Part shown: in pieces, positions 1 through 11,434 of the stretch
Layout: every line of letters starts with the position of its first letter
Numbering within the stretch: the first letter of the stretch is position 1
NCBI GenBank assembly: GCA_030295235.1
Contig: AP026148.1
Coordinates: forward strand, 1-64,000
Origin: Fistulifera solaris
Lineage: Eukaryota
Length of the DNA stretch: 64,000 nt
Direction of reading: 5' to 3'
Translations under genes and position numbers: made by a program
The notes under the pieces: generated by a model
What the model saw: only the letters and a program-made list of their open reading frames with translations
Databases searched by the model: none
What the model was told of the DNA's origin: nothing

Positions 1-440
1 CCTAACCCTAACCCTAACCCTAACCCTAACCCTAACCCTAACCCTAACCCTAACCCTAACCCTAACCCTAACCCCAACCCTAACCCTAACCCTAACCCTA
101 ACCCTAACCCTAACCCTAACCCTAACCCTAACCCCTAACCCTAACCCTAACCCTAACCCTAACCCTAACCCTAACCCTAACCCTAACCCTAACCCTAACC
201 CTCTAACCCTAACCCTAACCCTAACCCTAACCCTAACCCTAACCCTAACCCCAACCCTAACCCTAACCCTAACCCTAACCCTAACCCTAACCCTAACCCT
301 AACCCTAACCCTAACCCTAACCCTAACCCTAACCCTAACCCTAACCCTAACCCTAACCCTAACCCTAACCCTAACCCTAACCCTAACCCTAACCCTAACC
401 CTAACCCTAACCCTAACCCTAACCCTAACCCTAACCCTAA
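1..440. repeat. Telomeric repeat array (CCCTAA)n (TTAGGG on the minus strand), ~73 units
   Basis: Read directly from window position 1. A few variant units occur (CCCCAA, CCCCTAA, CCCTCTAA). The C-rich strand at the 5' end is the orientation expected for a true chromosome end. Confidence 0.99.
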
Positions 441-464
441 CTATAACTATAACTATAACCCTAA

Positions 465-655
465 CTATAGTTGGTCGTTCTGCAATAGTCGGACATGTTT
501 CAATAGTCGGACGTTGTGCAATAGTCGGACGTTCTGCAATAGTTGGACATGTTACAATAGTAGGACATTTTGCAGTAGTCGGACATGTTGCAATAGTTGG
601 ACATGTTGCAATAGTCAGACATGTTCCAATAGTCGGACATGTTGCCATAGTCGGT
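465..655. repeat. Subtelomeric 18-bp tandem satellite, consensus CAATAGTCGGACATGTTG, ~10.5 copies
   Basis: Units start at 465, 483, 501, 519, 537, 555, 573, 591, 609, 627 and 645 (partial). Preceded by CTATAA telomere variants (441-464) and followed by degenerate CCTAACCCT repeats (656-720). Confidence 0.95.
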
Positions 656-1123
656 CCTAACCCTATTCCTAACCCTCAGCCCAATTTCCAATTTTTATTT
701 TTTCTAACCCTTAGTCCTAATCTCGATTCCTATCGTTCCGTCTGTCAGTGCATCGTCCTCCGACAGGCTCTTTGATATTTTGGACGGAACACCCGCCATC
801 ATTTCGCGCTTTTTTCTTCTTCGTCCATCCGATCGTTTCCAACCGACACTGGCGGCAAAGGAAGCAATGCGCCATTTTATATTTGTTATATTTGACTTTC
901 ATTGAGTAAGCTAAGCAAAGAGATACGAAATATGACTTTTACACGCATCCGCTTTATTTCGTCGATAATTGCTTTTGCCGCAATCTCATCGGGCCGCGGT
1001 AAGTAAAATGAACGACCGAGGCAGTAATCGCTCGACGGTGGAGGTTCGTCGAATTTAGATTTCCGCATTTTACTTATACCCTGTTTAAGCATTTACTTCA
1101 ATATCAGCAAGTAGGCGGATACA

Positions 1124-2159
1124 ATGTCCTCCGTTATCGAGTACAGCGTCGAATTATGAGCTGGTAAGATCTTATTTCGAAAAATTTGTAAATGCATGTT
1201 TTGATTTTTATCGACTGATTCATTATTTACGACTTCTTGCCTTTTCCAACATCGTGTTGCTTAAGATACCTCTCAACAAAGGATCAACCGTTGCAATGGT
1301 GACGCCAATGTCAGAAAAGGGAGACGTCGACTACGAGGCGACCCGAAACTTGTTGCAATGGCACATCGACCAGGGCACCGATAATTTGTGTATCTTGGGG
1401 ACAACGGGTGAAGCGAGTGTACTAAGTGCAAAAGAAAGAACACAAATCCTCAGGCTGGCAGTCGAGGTATGTAAAGGAAAAATTCCTATCATCGCCGGCG
1501 TCGGCACCATTGATCCGCAAAAGGTGAAAGATATGACACTGGAAGCCATGGATTTGGGATGCGATGCGGGATTGCTGGTCTCGCTCTTACTACGTCAAGC
1601 CACCGCAGCGTGGCTTGTTGAAGCATTTTACTTCAATCGCGGATTTGGGTCTGCCGATTGTGTTGTACAATGTCTCCTGGACGAACTGCCATCGACATTT
1701 CTGACGAAACAATTGCAATGGCAGCGGAACACGACAATATAATTGCTGTCAAGGATGCAACTGGCAAAGTCGAACGTTTAGCTAACTTGAAACGTGAACT
1801 AGGAAAGCGTGGTGTTGCGAATTTTCTTACTTACTCAGGAGATGATGCGACAACTTTAGAATTTGTACGGTTAGGGGAGATGGCGGTATCTCGGTAACTG
1901 CGAATTGCGCTCCACGACTGATGCATGAAATGATCATGGCCACACAAAATGGCGATTTGGATCGCGCCACGATGTTGAACCGACAATTGCAGCCATTGCA
2001 TGACAATTTATTCTGCGAGGCAATCCGATCCCCGCAAAATATGCCATTTTCCGGATGGGTAAAGCTACTTCGCCGTTTTGCCGTCCACCTTTGGATGCAT
2101 TGGATCCATTGCTTTATGACAAAGTTGATGAAGCACTTCGCCACGCTGGTGTCTTGTAG
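1124..2159 (+). CDS. dapA: 4-hydroxy-tetrahydrodipicolinate synthase (DHDPS), multiple frameshifts as assembled
   Basis: Family motifs in order across frames: AMVTP, GTTGE, YYVKP, LYNV-PGRT, KDATG, SGDD, ISVTAN, LFCE. Probable intron 1164-1265 and stop TAG at 2157-2159. Frame breaks near 1140-1150, 1585, 1673, 1878 and 2020-2075. Start codon uncertain. Confidence 0.92.
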
Positions 2160-2775
2160 ACCAGCAGGCAGTAGGCAAAACGATGATTGATTGTTTAAAT
2201 GCCGAGTTCCGTGTTAGTCATTGGTTTCGGATTTGGTTGAAGTAGACACTTATGATGAAAAAGAATATTTACCACCTTCCATAAAAGTCTTTTTCACGTT
2301 GAATGATTCGGTACTAGGTGGATGCGTCATTAGCTATTAAAGCAACTACTTGTACCTGTACGGTACGCATTATTTTTGTGCATGAATACCTAGAGTCACG
2401 AGTAGAGGACAGCCGACAGACCTTCGCCGAATGCAACCTCAATTTGGCAAATAATAGTGAGAACTGTTATTTAGACAGGAAATAAAAACATAAATGCCGT
2501 AGCGGTTTCCAAAATGCTAAATATCAATATTTGCGTTTCGCTGATAGATTCAATTAAGTCGGAACTGTATAGTGTACAGTAACAGTAATCAATCAACGAA
2601 ACACAGCACAAACAAGGCACTTGAAACATGCAAAATCGCGAAGGAACCATTATCAAGACGAGCAAGAAGCAGAACACGGTCATCATTATTATCACAACAA
2701 CGATTGAAGCCAACTGTCTTCCTAAGAGGCAGAACCATCCAACAATTAACTTGCAGATTTTGCAGAAGCAGAGAT

Positions 2776-4798
2776 ATGAAGGTCGCGATAGCAGTAGCGG
2801 TGATTTTGTCTGCTCTTTCGTCGGAAACACTGGCTACATTTGTGAGCCCAACAGGAAAGACGCATAGGGCAATAATTGCTCGATTCAGTGAGAACGACGA
2901 CCGAAAGGAAGTGCCATGGTTATCTGGGGAGGTCGATGGTAACGGACATATCATCGACGGAAACTTACCGGCTAAGTTTCGAAGGATGCAGCTGAACTAC
3001 GAGTCGGATTGTCAGCCAACCTGGAAACGTGCTCCTAATCCGCCCAAAACGACTGCCGACTTTCTGCAACATCTAGAAACCGTCAGAATTGGAGAGGAGG
3101 TTGGAAAGCCCGCAAAGAAAAATCCATATGGTGCTTACGAAAAGCCGGTGTCGTCGTGGATAACTGAAATACCACGTCAACCTTTGGAAGGCGATATTTC
3201 AGTGTATGCACCACCCTCGGGTGCCTCCACCTCTCCGATTGACTTCCGCACTAAAAAAGTTCCAGAGCAACGTCCCTCATCGTTTTCGCCATGGATTAAT
3301 CACACGCAGCGAAAGCCATTGGCGGGCGATTTCTCCGTCCATGAGTACGATATGGAGGAAAAGAAAGGAAATTCATCGCCGTCTCCGGCAGAACAGAGTA
3401 ACGAATTGAAGTTCCCGAGCCATGATCCTGCTCTGACTTTAGGTCTGAATCCTTTGGCTTCCTTGTCATTGGCACCGTTACCGTTGACGCGGCCAGGATT
3501 GACTTCCCGATTCAGCCCGGAATACCATAGTGGTCACCACCCATCGTGGTTCCACTTCTCCACATCCGATGCTCTCATTGGAGGATCGACCTTGAAGAAG
3601 ATCCGTATTACAGAACAATCGCCTTTTTATTTCGGTCAACCGTCAAGTGCAAGTGACAAGTCTGTTACAGACGAGAAAGATATAGCCAGCGCACCATCAA
3701 GTTTCATAGACGCAGAGTTTGAAGAGGATGAGCTGGCCGCAGAAGTAACGAAATTGAGAGAAATGGCATTGGAAGCAGCCGAATCTGCGCGTGTGGCTGA
3801 ATTGGACGCTGCGGAAAAAACACAACAAGCCAGAAGGGCATCTGAAGAAGCTCGATTAGCGGAACTTCATGCCGTTGAAAAGCTGTTGCAGCGAGAGATG
3901 CTGCACAAACAGCCCGACTTGCTTTGGAAAATTTAAGAAAAGTTCGCGAGGGAAGAGGCTGCTCGCCTTGCGGAGGAGGCTCGATTGGAAGCTTTGCGTG
4001 AAAAAGAAGAGCAAGCAAGACTAGAAGCCTTAGCAAAAAAGCGTGAGCTTGCCCGACAAGAGGAAATCGCCCGTGCGATGAAGCGGGAGCAAGACGAACT
4101 GATGCAACTACAACAGGAACGCGCTAAAAAGGAAGAGATGGCCGCTAAGGTGAAATGGGAGCAGGAGGTCCTTTTGAAGAGACAACGCGAGCGAGCGATG
4201 CAAGAAAAAAGCGATAAAAACATGCTGAAGGAGCAGGGCAAAGTGCCGAAACTGCAAAATGAATTGCTCAACGAGCAATATAATGTTGAACGAGCAGGGA
4301 ATCAACAAAGCTCATCTAAGCTGAAAGAACAACGTGCTGAAAGTGAAAGTGAAGTAGAGGCGGCAAGGCTGCGTGAAGAGTTCCGCGTGGCACAGATTGC
4401 AAAAAAAGAATATGGGAACCAAGTGTGACGCAAAGATTGCCAAATCGACAAAACAAAATGATCATGAGGAGGTAGAAAGGCTTCTTGCTCTGGCCATAGA
4501 TAAGCAAAAGGATTTGTTTGAGATTGAGAATAATAAAAACCGGTGGAATGAAGCGGAGTCAGTAACAATCAACAGATGCTCTACGGAGAGAGACTATCAA
4601 AACAACATGAAAAGGTCGTTCCGAAGGGATGAGCGGAAGTCCAGCGATGATGAGGGCAGTGCGAATCTAGACAGCAAGTCTCAAGAAAGTAGCTTAGGCC
4701 AGGAGATTCCAGAAGAAAAAGTATTGCGGTCAAAAATTGATAGTGCTATGAAACACAAAAATGAATCCGAGGGCGACTCCAAGGTAAAAAGCAAATAA
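2776..4798 (+). CDS. Hypothetical signal-peptide protein, Pro/Ser-rich N-half and E/K/R/A-rich helical C-half (frameshifted)
   Basis: ATG 2776 gives MKVAIAVAVILSALSSETLATFVSP (hydrophobic leader). ORFs 2572-3936, 3985-4428 and 4373-4798 continue with similar composition across frame breaks. Confidence 0.7.
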
Positions 4799-5284
4799 AT
4801 CTATAAAGTGATTGAATGCGCAGCAAAAAATGAACCGTCGCGACCTAATGAATGAAGTTGCAGCAATCTTTTCATCGAAGCTTTTTCGTCTCTCTTGAAC
4901 AGTAAGATTCCCACGAGTCAATTTTGTTTAGAGCCGACAGATGAAAATTGGCTAAAATTAATTTGGCTTACTTTCTTTCCCTACAAACATTGAACAGTTA
5001 CTGTCAGGCTGGAAAATGTCCCATTAATTGTTGTTAAACAATGAGTGTGACTTTATGGAGCAAGGCTGTATAAGTTACGGAAACAAAACGTCAAGGATAT
5101 TCCCATGTTAATTTGTAATCGCCAGATCTACTTAGTTATAAGTTCCGGGGAAACCTGGACGTCCAATTCATCGCAGGCTGCTGCGTCTTACGCATGTGCG
5201 GAACCTTTAGAAACCATAGGACGTAAATCTATTATGACATGTCAATGTTAATGTAATATAGTATCAAGTCTAAACCATTTTTTG

Positions 5285-5552
5285 CCACGACTGGATTTCT
5301 GGTCACGAACTCAGCTAAGAAATAACCAGCTTTGTCCTTTTCGTAGTAGCTACGACTAAATACGGCTAACTAAAACATCTCCGTAAGAAAGTAAATTCGT
5401 GAAAATTATAATGAGTGAAGAATTCCCGAATCAGATGCGTCCGAAGTGGTCACGAGTCACGAACGGTTCATTTCAAATTGTACCTGGTACTGGTACTGGT
5501 AGTATGATCCCAACTGAAGGCGACCTTTTCCATGACTAAATTTCTGTCACGA
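5285..5552 (-). promoter_or_regulatory. Dyad element copies 1-2 (5285-5308, 5530-5552)
   Basis: Reverse complements are TCGTGACCAGAAATCCAGTCGTGG and TCGTGACAGAAATTTAGTCATGG. Regulatory role is inferred. Confidence 0.6.
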
Positions 5553-6006
5553 TCATTACGTGCGCTTCTCTTTGAATATTTCACGGCGAATAGCTTTGTA
5601 AAGTAGAAAGAGGATGATTCAGTTCCTTTGCATCCGCTTCTTAATGCTTTTAAATGGTAAAAGTTGCCTGTAGACTGTAGCTGTAGGAGAATTGTGCACG
5701 CGAAAAAATGCACTTGGAAGGTGCAAACTACGGCATTTTCCGTTGTACGTAACACGTAAGCATCATCATGGGAAAAAGATCAGACTCTACGTAGAAAATG
5801 TACGTGAGATTGCCGTACCGAAACCAATGCAACATTGAACATAGGGCAAAAATAACCTGCGCTTCACAGAACGTTTAATTTTGTTGTTTTGCAAGGATTC
5901 GTGTCATCACGTTCTATTTTATTTGTCTTTCACCTTTGAATAGTTCCATTAAACATTGTGGTGGTTATTAAGAAGCAAGAGGTTGTAGTTGAAGCATTGA
6001 TTTATC

Positions 6007-9000
6007 ATGAAATCTCCTTTTAAACCTCCCCCTTTCTGTTTGGCTTCTTTCGGGAACGTTTCTCGCTTCGAATGCGCTGTCATCGAATTTCAACGGCAGG
6101 TCGCAAAAGCCAGAATTTGATGCGGCAAAGGGTGCTACAGGAGAGAGCTTGAATAATTTACCACTTCCTTCTGAATCAGGGCTTCCCCCTCCTTCGAACG
6201 GCTGGTCATCGACTCCTCATGTCATAAGCCCGGATCAATGGCTGAACAGCGTTTCTTTGTCAAGAAGTCCCAATTACTTCCAACAATCATGGTCAGATTC
6301 CACTAACGGAAGAAGTAGCCCTTTCGTTCCAAGTGGAAGCAGCAACAGTCCTTATTCGCAGCCTCTAACTACCGCCTCGCAACCACCAGCATCGAATGGT
6401 TCAATGTCTAACGGACAGTCTTCGACAACGGCTCATCCGCTTTCGCAAGAGAAATTTCAAAGACCTCTCTCTTCGACAACCTCGTGGACGCCAGCTTCGA
6501 TTTCTAACGGCGCAATGCAAGCGGATGTTATCAAGAAAGTCGGACTGTACGACTATCAGACTTCAATTCCATGGAGTAGCACCGAAGCTCAAGCAGCCCG
6601 AATGGCCGAACAAGCTAGAAATGCAAGACTTTTGGCGGAGGAAAAGGTACGCAGGTTGAAAGCTGAGGCCGAAGCGGAGGCGAAACGCTTGGAAGAACGA
6701 AGCCGTAAAGCGGCTGAGGAAGAGGAAGCTAGAGCACGAAAAGCTGCCGAAGAGAAAGAAAAACAACGTATCGCTGCGGAAGAGGAAAAAGCCAGACTCC
6801 GTAAAGCGGCTGAGGAAGAGGAAGCTGGAGCACGAAAAGCTGCCGAAGAGAAAGAAAAACAACGTATCGCTGCTGAAGAGGAAAAAGCCAGACTCCGTAA
6901 AGCGGCTGAGGAAGAGGAAGCTAGAGCACGAAAAGCTGCCGAAGAGAAAGAAAAACAACGTATCGCTGCTGAAGAGGAAAAAGCCAGACTCCGTAAAGCG
7001 GCTGAGGAAGAGGAAGCTGGAGCACGAAAAGCTGCCAAGGAGAAAGAAAAACAACGTATCGCTGCTGAAGAGGAAAAAGCCAGACTCCGTAAAGCGGCTG
7101 AGGAAGAGGAAGCTGGAGCACGAAAAGCTGCCGAAGAGAAAGAAAAACAACGTATCGCTGCTGAAGAGAAAAAAGCCAGACTCCGTAAAGCGGCTGAGGA
7201 AGAGGAAGCTAGAGCACGAAAAGCTGCCGAAGAGAAAGAAAAACAACGTATCGCTGCTGAAGAGGAAAAAGCCAGACTCCGTAAAGCGGCTGAGGAAGAG
7301 GAAGCTGGAGCACGAAAAGCTGCCGAAGAGAAAGAAAAACAACGTATCGCTGCTGAAGAGGAAAAAGCCAGACTCCGTAAAGCGGCTGAGGAAGAGGAAG
7401 CTGGAGCACGAAAAGCTGCCAAGGAGAAAGAAAAACAACGTATCGCTGCTGAAGAGGAAACAGCCAGACTCCGTAAAGCGGCTGAGGAAGAGGAAGCTGG
7501 AGCACGAAAAGCTGCCGAAGAGAAAGAAAAACAACGTATCGCTGCTGAAGAGGAAAAAGCCAGACTCCGTAAAGCGGCTGAGGAAGAGGAAGCTGGAGCA
7601 CGAAAAGCTGCCGAAGAGAAAGAAAAACAACGTATCGCTGCTGAAGAGGAAAAAGCCAGACTCCGTAAAGCGGCTGAGGAAGAGGAAGCTGGAGCACGAA
7701 AAGCTGCCAAGGAGAAAGAAAAACAACGTATCGCTGCTGAAGAGGAAAAAGCCAGACTCCGTAAAGCGGCTGAGGAAGAGGAAGCTAGAGCACGAAAAGC
7801 TGCCGAAGAGAAAGAAAAACAACGTATCGCTGCTGAAGAGGAAAAGCCAGACTCCGTAAAGCGGCTGAGGAAGAGGAAGCTAGAGCACGAAAAGCTGCCG
7901 AAGAGAAAGAAAAACAACGTATCGCTGCTGAAGAGGAAACAGCCAGACTCCGTAAAGCGGCTGAGGAAGAGGAAGCTAGAGCACGAAAGGCAGCAGAAGA
8001 AAAGGAGAGACAACGGATCGCTGCTATGGAAGAAGAAGCTCGACTGATCAAACTTGGCACAGAAGAGGAGGCTAAAGCTCGTGATGCTGCAGCAAAGGAA
8101 GAAGAAAAGCGTCTTATTGCTGCTGCAGAAGAGCAGTGGCGAAAGCGCGTCGCAGCTGAAAAAGAAGAAAAACGTCGGGTACAGGTCCAGGCAGAAGTTG
8201 AAGCAATCCAGCAAATTGCTGAAAGAGCTAGACTTGCCCGCCTTGCAGCCGAAGAAAATGTCCGCCGACTTAAGTCTGAGGCCATGGTTGAAGCTGCTCG
8301 TCTTTCCGCAGCACCACGTTCCTTGACCAAAAACAATTCCCCCAATTAATTCTTACCGTCGTATCGATGCAGAAGACGGAATAATACGAAGTAGGAAAGT
8401 ATCTAAGGAAGAAGAAAATCGGCGAATCGCTGAGGAAGCAGGTCGAAGAATTCCGGTAACCGCTGAAAATGAAGCTCACCGCTCGCAGGCTCAAGCAGAA
8501 GCTGAAGCAATACAAATGGCCGATAAAGTTAAAAAGACTCGACTTAAGGCTGAAGACAGTTTGCTGAGATTGAGAGTTGAAGCTGAGGCTGAAAGTGCTC
8601 GTTCGGAACAGCAACGTAAGAGAGAAGCTGATTTAGTTTCGATGGATCGAACTGCTTCGGAAAATTCACCCTCGAACAACCAGGCAAAAGATGCTCGTAG
8701 AAAACTATCTGGTCTTCGCCCACGACCAAAAGGTTTCTCCGTAATCAATGAAAAGAAAAAGAAGAAACGGAAAGGGAAGAAGAACTTAAGCAAAACGGAG
8801 CAAGGGTCGCATTCTATCATTGCATGGTTAAGTTCTGAAACTAAACTTGAAAGCGATTCCGAGCAGAAGGTAGAGGAGCAATCAACGTTAGAGAAAGCGC
8901 AGGAAATTCAGTCGGCGGTTATTGCTGCGGCAAAGCGCGACGAATCCAGCAGACGAAGCTTGTTGCAGTTTCGCTTATCCAACGAAGCGAAAAGAAGAGA

Positions 9001-11331
9001 GATTATCAGGCTTCACGAAGAGGGGAGGGTGAAGGCAGAAAAAGCCCGTGCAGAGGAGGAAACAAGGTTGGCAGCTATTGCTGCGGCAAAGCGCGACGAA
9101 TCCACCAGACGAAGCTTGTTGCAGTTCCGCTTATCCAACGAAGCGAAAAGGAGAGAGATTATCAGGCTTAACGAAGAGGGGAGGGTGAAGGCAGAAAAAG
9201 ACCGTGCAGAGGGAGGAAACAAGGTTGGCAGCTATTGCTGCGGCAAAGCGCGACGAATCCACCAGACGAAGCTTGTTGCAGTTCCGCTTATCCGACGAAG
9301 CGAAATGGAGAGAGATTATAAGGAAGCAGGAATCGGGGCGAGAAAAAGTAGAGACGGACCGTTTACGAGAATTAGATCGCTTGGAAGCAATTGCACAGTT
9401 TGAAGAAAAGCAGCGACTTGCTGAGCAAGCTCGAAAAGAATACGATGCTCGAATGATCGCGGTGGCAAGGCAGCACGAAATTGAGAGGAGTAAGCAGCTT
9501 GCCCGCGAAAGGGAATTTGCGAGACTTCCTTTGCTCGCAAGGCTAGAGCTTGACACGCAAATTATCCAACGTCCTGCTGATAGTCCCTGGCCGACATCGA
9601 CTGTAATTGGGAGAGATGAGAGTGCTAACGGCAGCCAAAATAATGTCAATCAAACTGATCCTTCTCTTCTTGTCGGCATTCTCAATGTTACAGATGGGGC
9701 CGGTATTGCTACTTCAGCTCAATCCTTATCTTTTTCCTCCGTCAAACAGCAACCTAATTCACACTCTATTGGAGCTGATTCCACTAGCCGACAGTTTTCC
9801 AAGTCCGTCTACGAAGGCATGGAGCGAGGCAATGTGAAGCGAGGCAGCTTACTTTCAAAGTCGAGAATGAGTCCAAAGAGAAAAGTAGAGCAGCTTTCGC
9901 AATCAGGACGTGGGTTTTCAAAAAGAATTTGAAAGACCAATTGAAATCGACGCGGGCTGCTAGATTCATTGAAAATGACGCCAAGAAAGTTGAAGCACAA
10001 ACGACAAGGATTGCCGCCGATGTTAAACCATATTTTTCTGCAAATGATCAAGAAACTAGTCGCCATGAATTGCCACGATATAGTTTTCTAAACGGATCCA
10101 ATGTGACACGAACAGCACTCTTCGAACAAGAAGCAATTACGGAAGCAATGGATTTTCAAATGATATCTCCCGACTTTGCGTCCAATAGCGGAAATGGCGT
10201 GATCTCGTCAGTTGCAAAGCGCGAAGAGGCGATGCGCCGAGGTTTGCTGCAGCATCGATTGTTGAACGAGGCCAGCAGTAAGCGAGCTGCTCAAAAGATT
10301 GAGGAAACATTCACTGAAATTAGAGATAGCCCGGCTACAACCCCAGATATTCAGTCTCGCGATGAAACCGCCGAGCTTTTGTCAATCGTAAAGCGTCAAG
10401 AAGCAACCCATCGCGGTTTATTGCAGCAACGCTTGCTGATCGAGGCCAACCAAAAGCAACTGGCCCAGCAAGATACCATCGACTTAGAAAGGAGCCGCAT
10501 GAATTCTACTGAAATGCCGATCGATAGTGCCAGCGACTTGCTTGAATCAACTGCAGAACGTCAAGAAGTAACCCATCGTGGCCTGTTACAGCACCGATTG
10601 ACGAATGATGCAAACTCCGATAAATTATCTCGGGCTAAGAGAGAGGAATCATCTGTAGTCTTGCCGAAAGTCCGAGCAAATCATACCGAAACATTAGATC
10701 GAACGAATTGTGACGGCCTAGTGACTGGTGCACGTACTCACGAATCGAATCAACGGGCCCTTTTGCAGTACCGTTTGTCTTCCAACTCAAGTGCTGACAC
10801 TATAATTGAGGTTGAGAAACAAACAAAAGCCAAACTGGCCGAAGAGGAAGCCCAAGCAGCTGTCGAGCTGGCAGAATCGATCTTGGCTTCAATCGATGAG
10901 ACTGAAATTCCAACGCGGACTCGCAAGGGTGCATCGCTTGTTGGTTCCCTTCTTACCAATATTGAAAGGTCGAAAGAACTGGAAAGCTCACAATTGAAGT
11001 CGCACGCGGTGTATTCAACATTGTGAGTAGGTTTTTGAAGGACGTTGCCAAAGATCATACGCCAATTGCCAGCGTTGTGAATGGTAAGGATCTAATTTTG
11101 AAACAGAAAGAAGAAAATGCACGAATTGCTGCTGAAGCTGCGCGATTGGCGGAAGAAGCTGCTCGCTTGGAAGCAGCACGCTTAAAAAAGATTGAAGAAG
11201 CGATCGAAGCAAGAAGGAAAACGGCAGAACTTAGCTTGGCCAAGGCTGCCGTACAAGAAGATAAGGAGATACGCCAGAGTAGCCACACAAAAGAACAGTG
11301 CCTTTCTTTGCAAGTCTCAAGAGAGGCGTAG
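6007..11331 (+). CDS. Very large (~1,750 aa if frames are joined) repeat protein with probable signal peptide and long charged single-alpha-helix/coiled-coil tract (frameshifted)
   Basis: Leader LSVWLLSGTFLASNA is in frame upstream of ORF 6149. ORFs 6149-8047, 8026-8349, 8516-9403, 9204-9932, 9929-11026 and 11023-11331 share recurring motifs. Two breaks are visible 1-nt indels inside repeat units (~7843, ~9212). Confidence 0.75.
6703..7990 (+). repeat. Coding 96-bp tandem repeat, ~13.5 copies (32 aa: RKAAEEEEA[R/G]ARKAA[E/K]EKEKQRIAAEEEKARL)
   Basis: CCGTAAAG recurs at 6703, 6799, 6895, 6991, 7087, 7183, 7279, 7375, 7471, 7567, 7663, 7759, 7854 and 7950. Confidence 0.98.
8921..9320 (+). repeat. 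Coding 156-bp tandem repeat, ~2.5 copies (52 aa)
   Basis: ATTGCTGCGGCAAAGCGCGACGAATCCA starts at 8921, 9077 and 9234. The second unit is 157 bp, which causes a frameshift. Confidence 0.95.
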
Positions 11332-11434
11332 AATCTCTTTAACTCTATGGACTTTCAAATCTTGAGACAAAATAAAAATTCCATTATTTATTCAAAATCA
11401 CGCTGCTTTTGCGACTACATAAAATTGCAGCTTT

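Noticed and set aside
1..260. Variant telomere units as evidence of an unusual telomerase
   Set aside because: Sparse single-base indels and substitutions match the error pattern seen elsewhere in this assembly.
465..655. CRISPR-like array
   Set aside because: Head-to-tail units with no unique spacers, no cas genes, and a eukaryotic telomeric context.
500..691. 63-aa ORF with (MSDYCN)n repeats
   Set aside because: It is a translation of the 18-bp satellite and degenerate telomere repeats, open only because the unit is a multiple of 3.
6563..8345. Long antisense ORFs (419 and 541 aa)
   Set aside because: Shadow frames of the 96-bp coding repeat.
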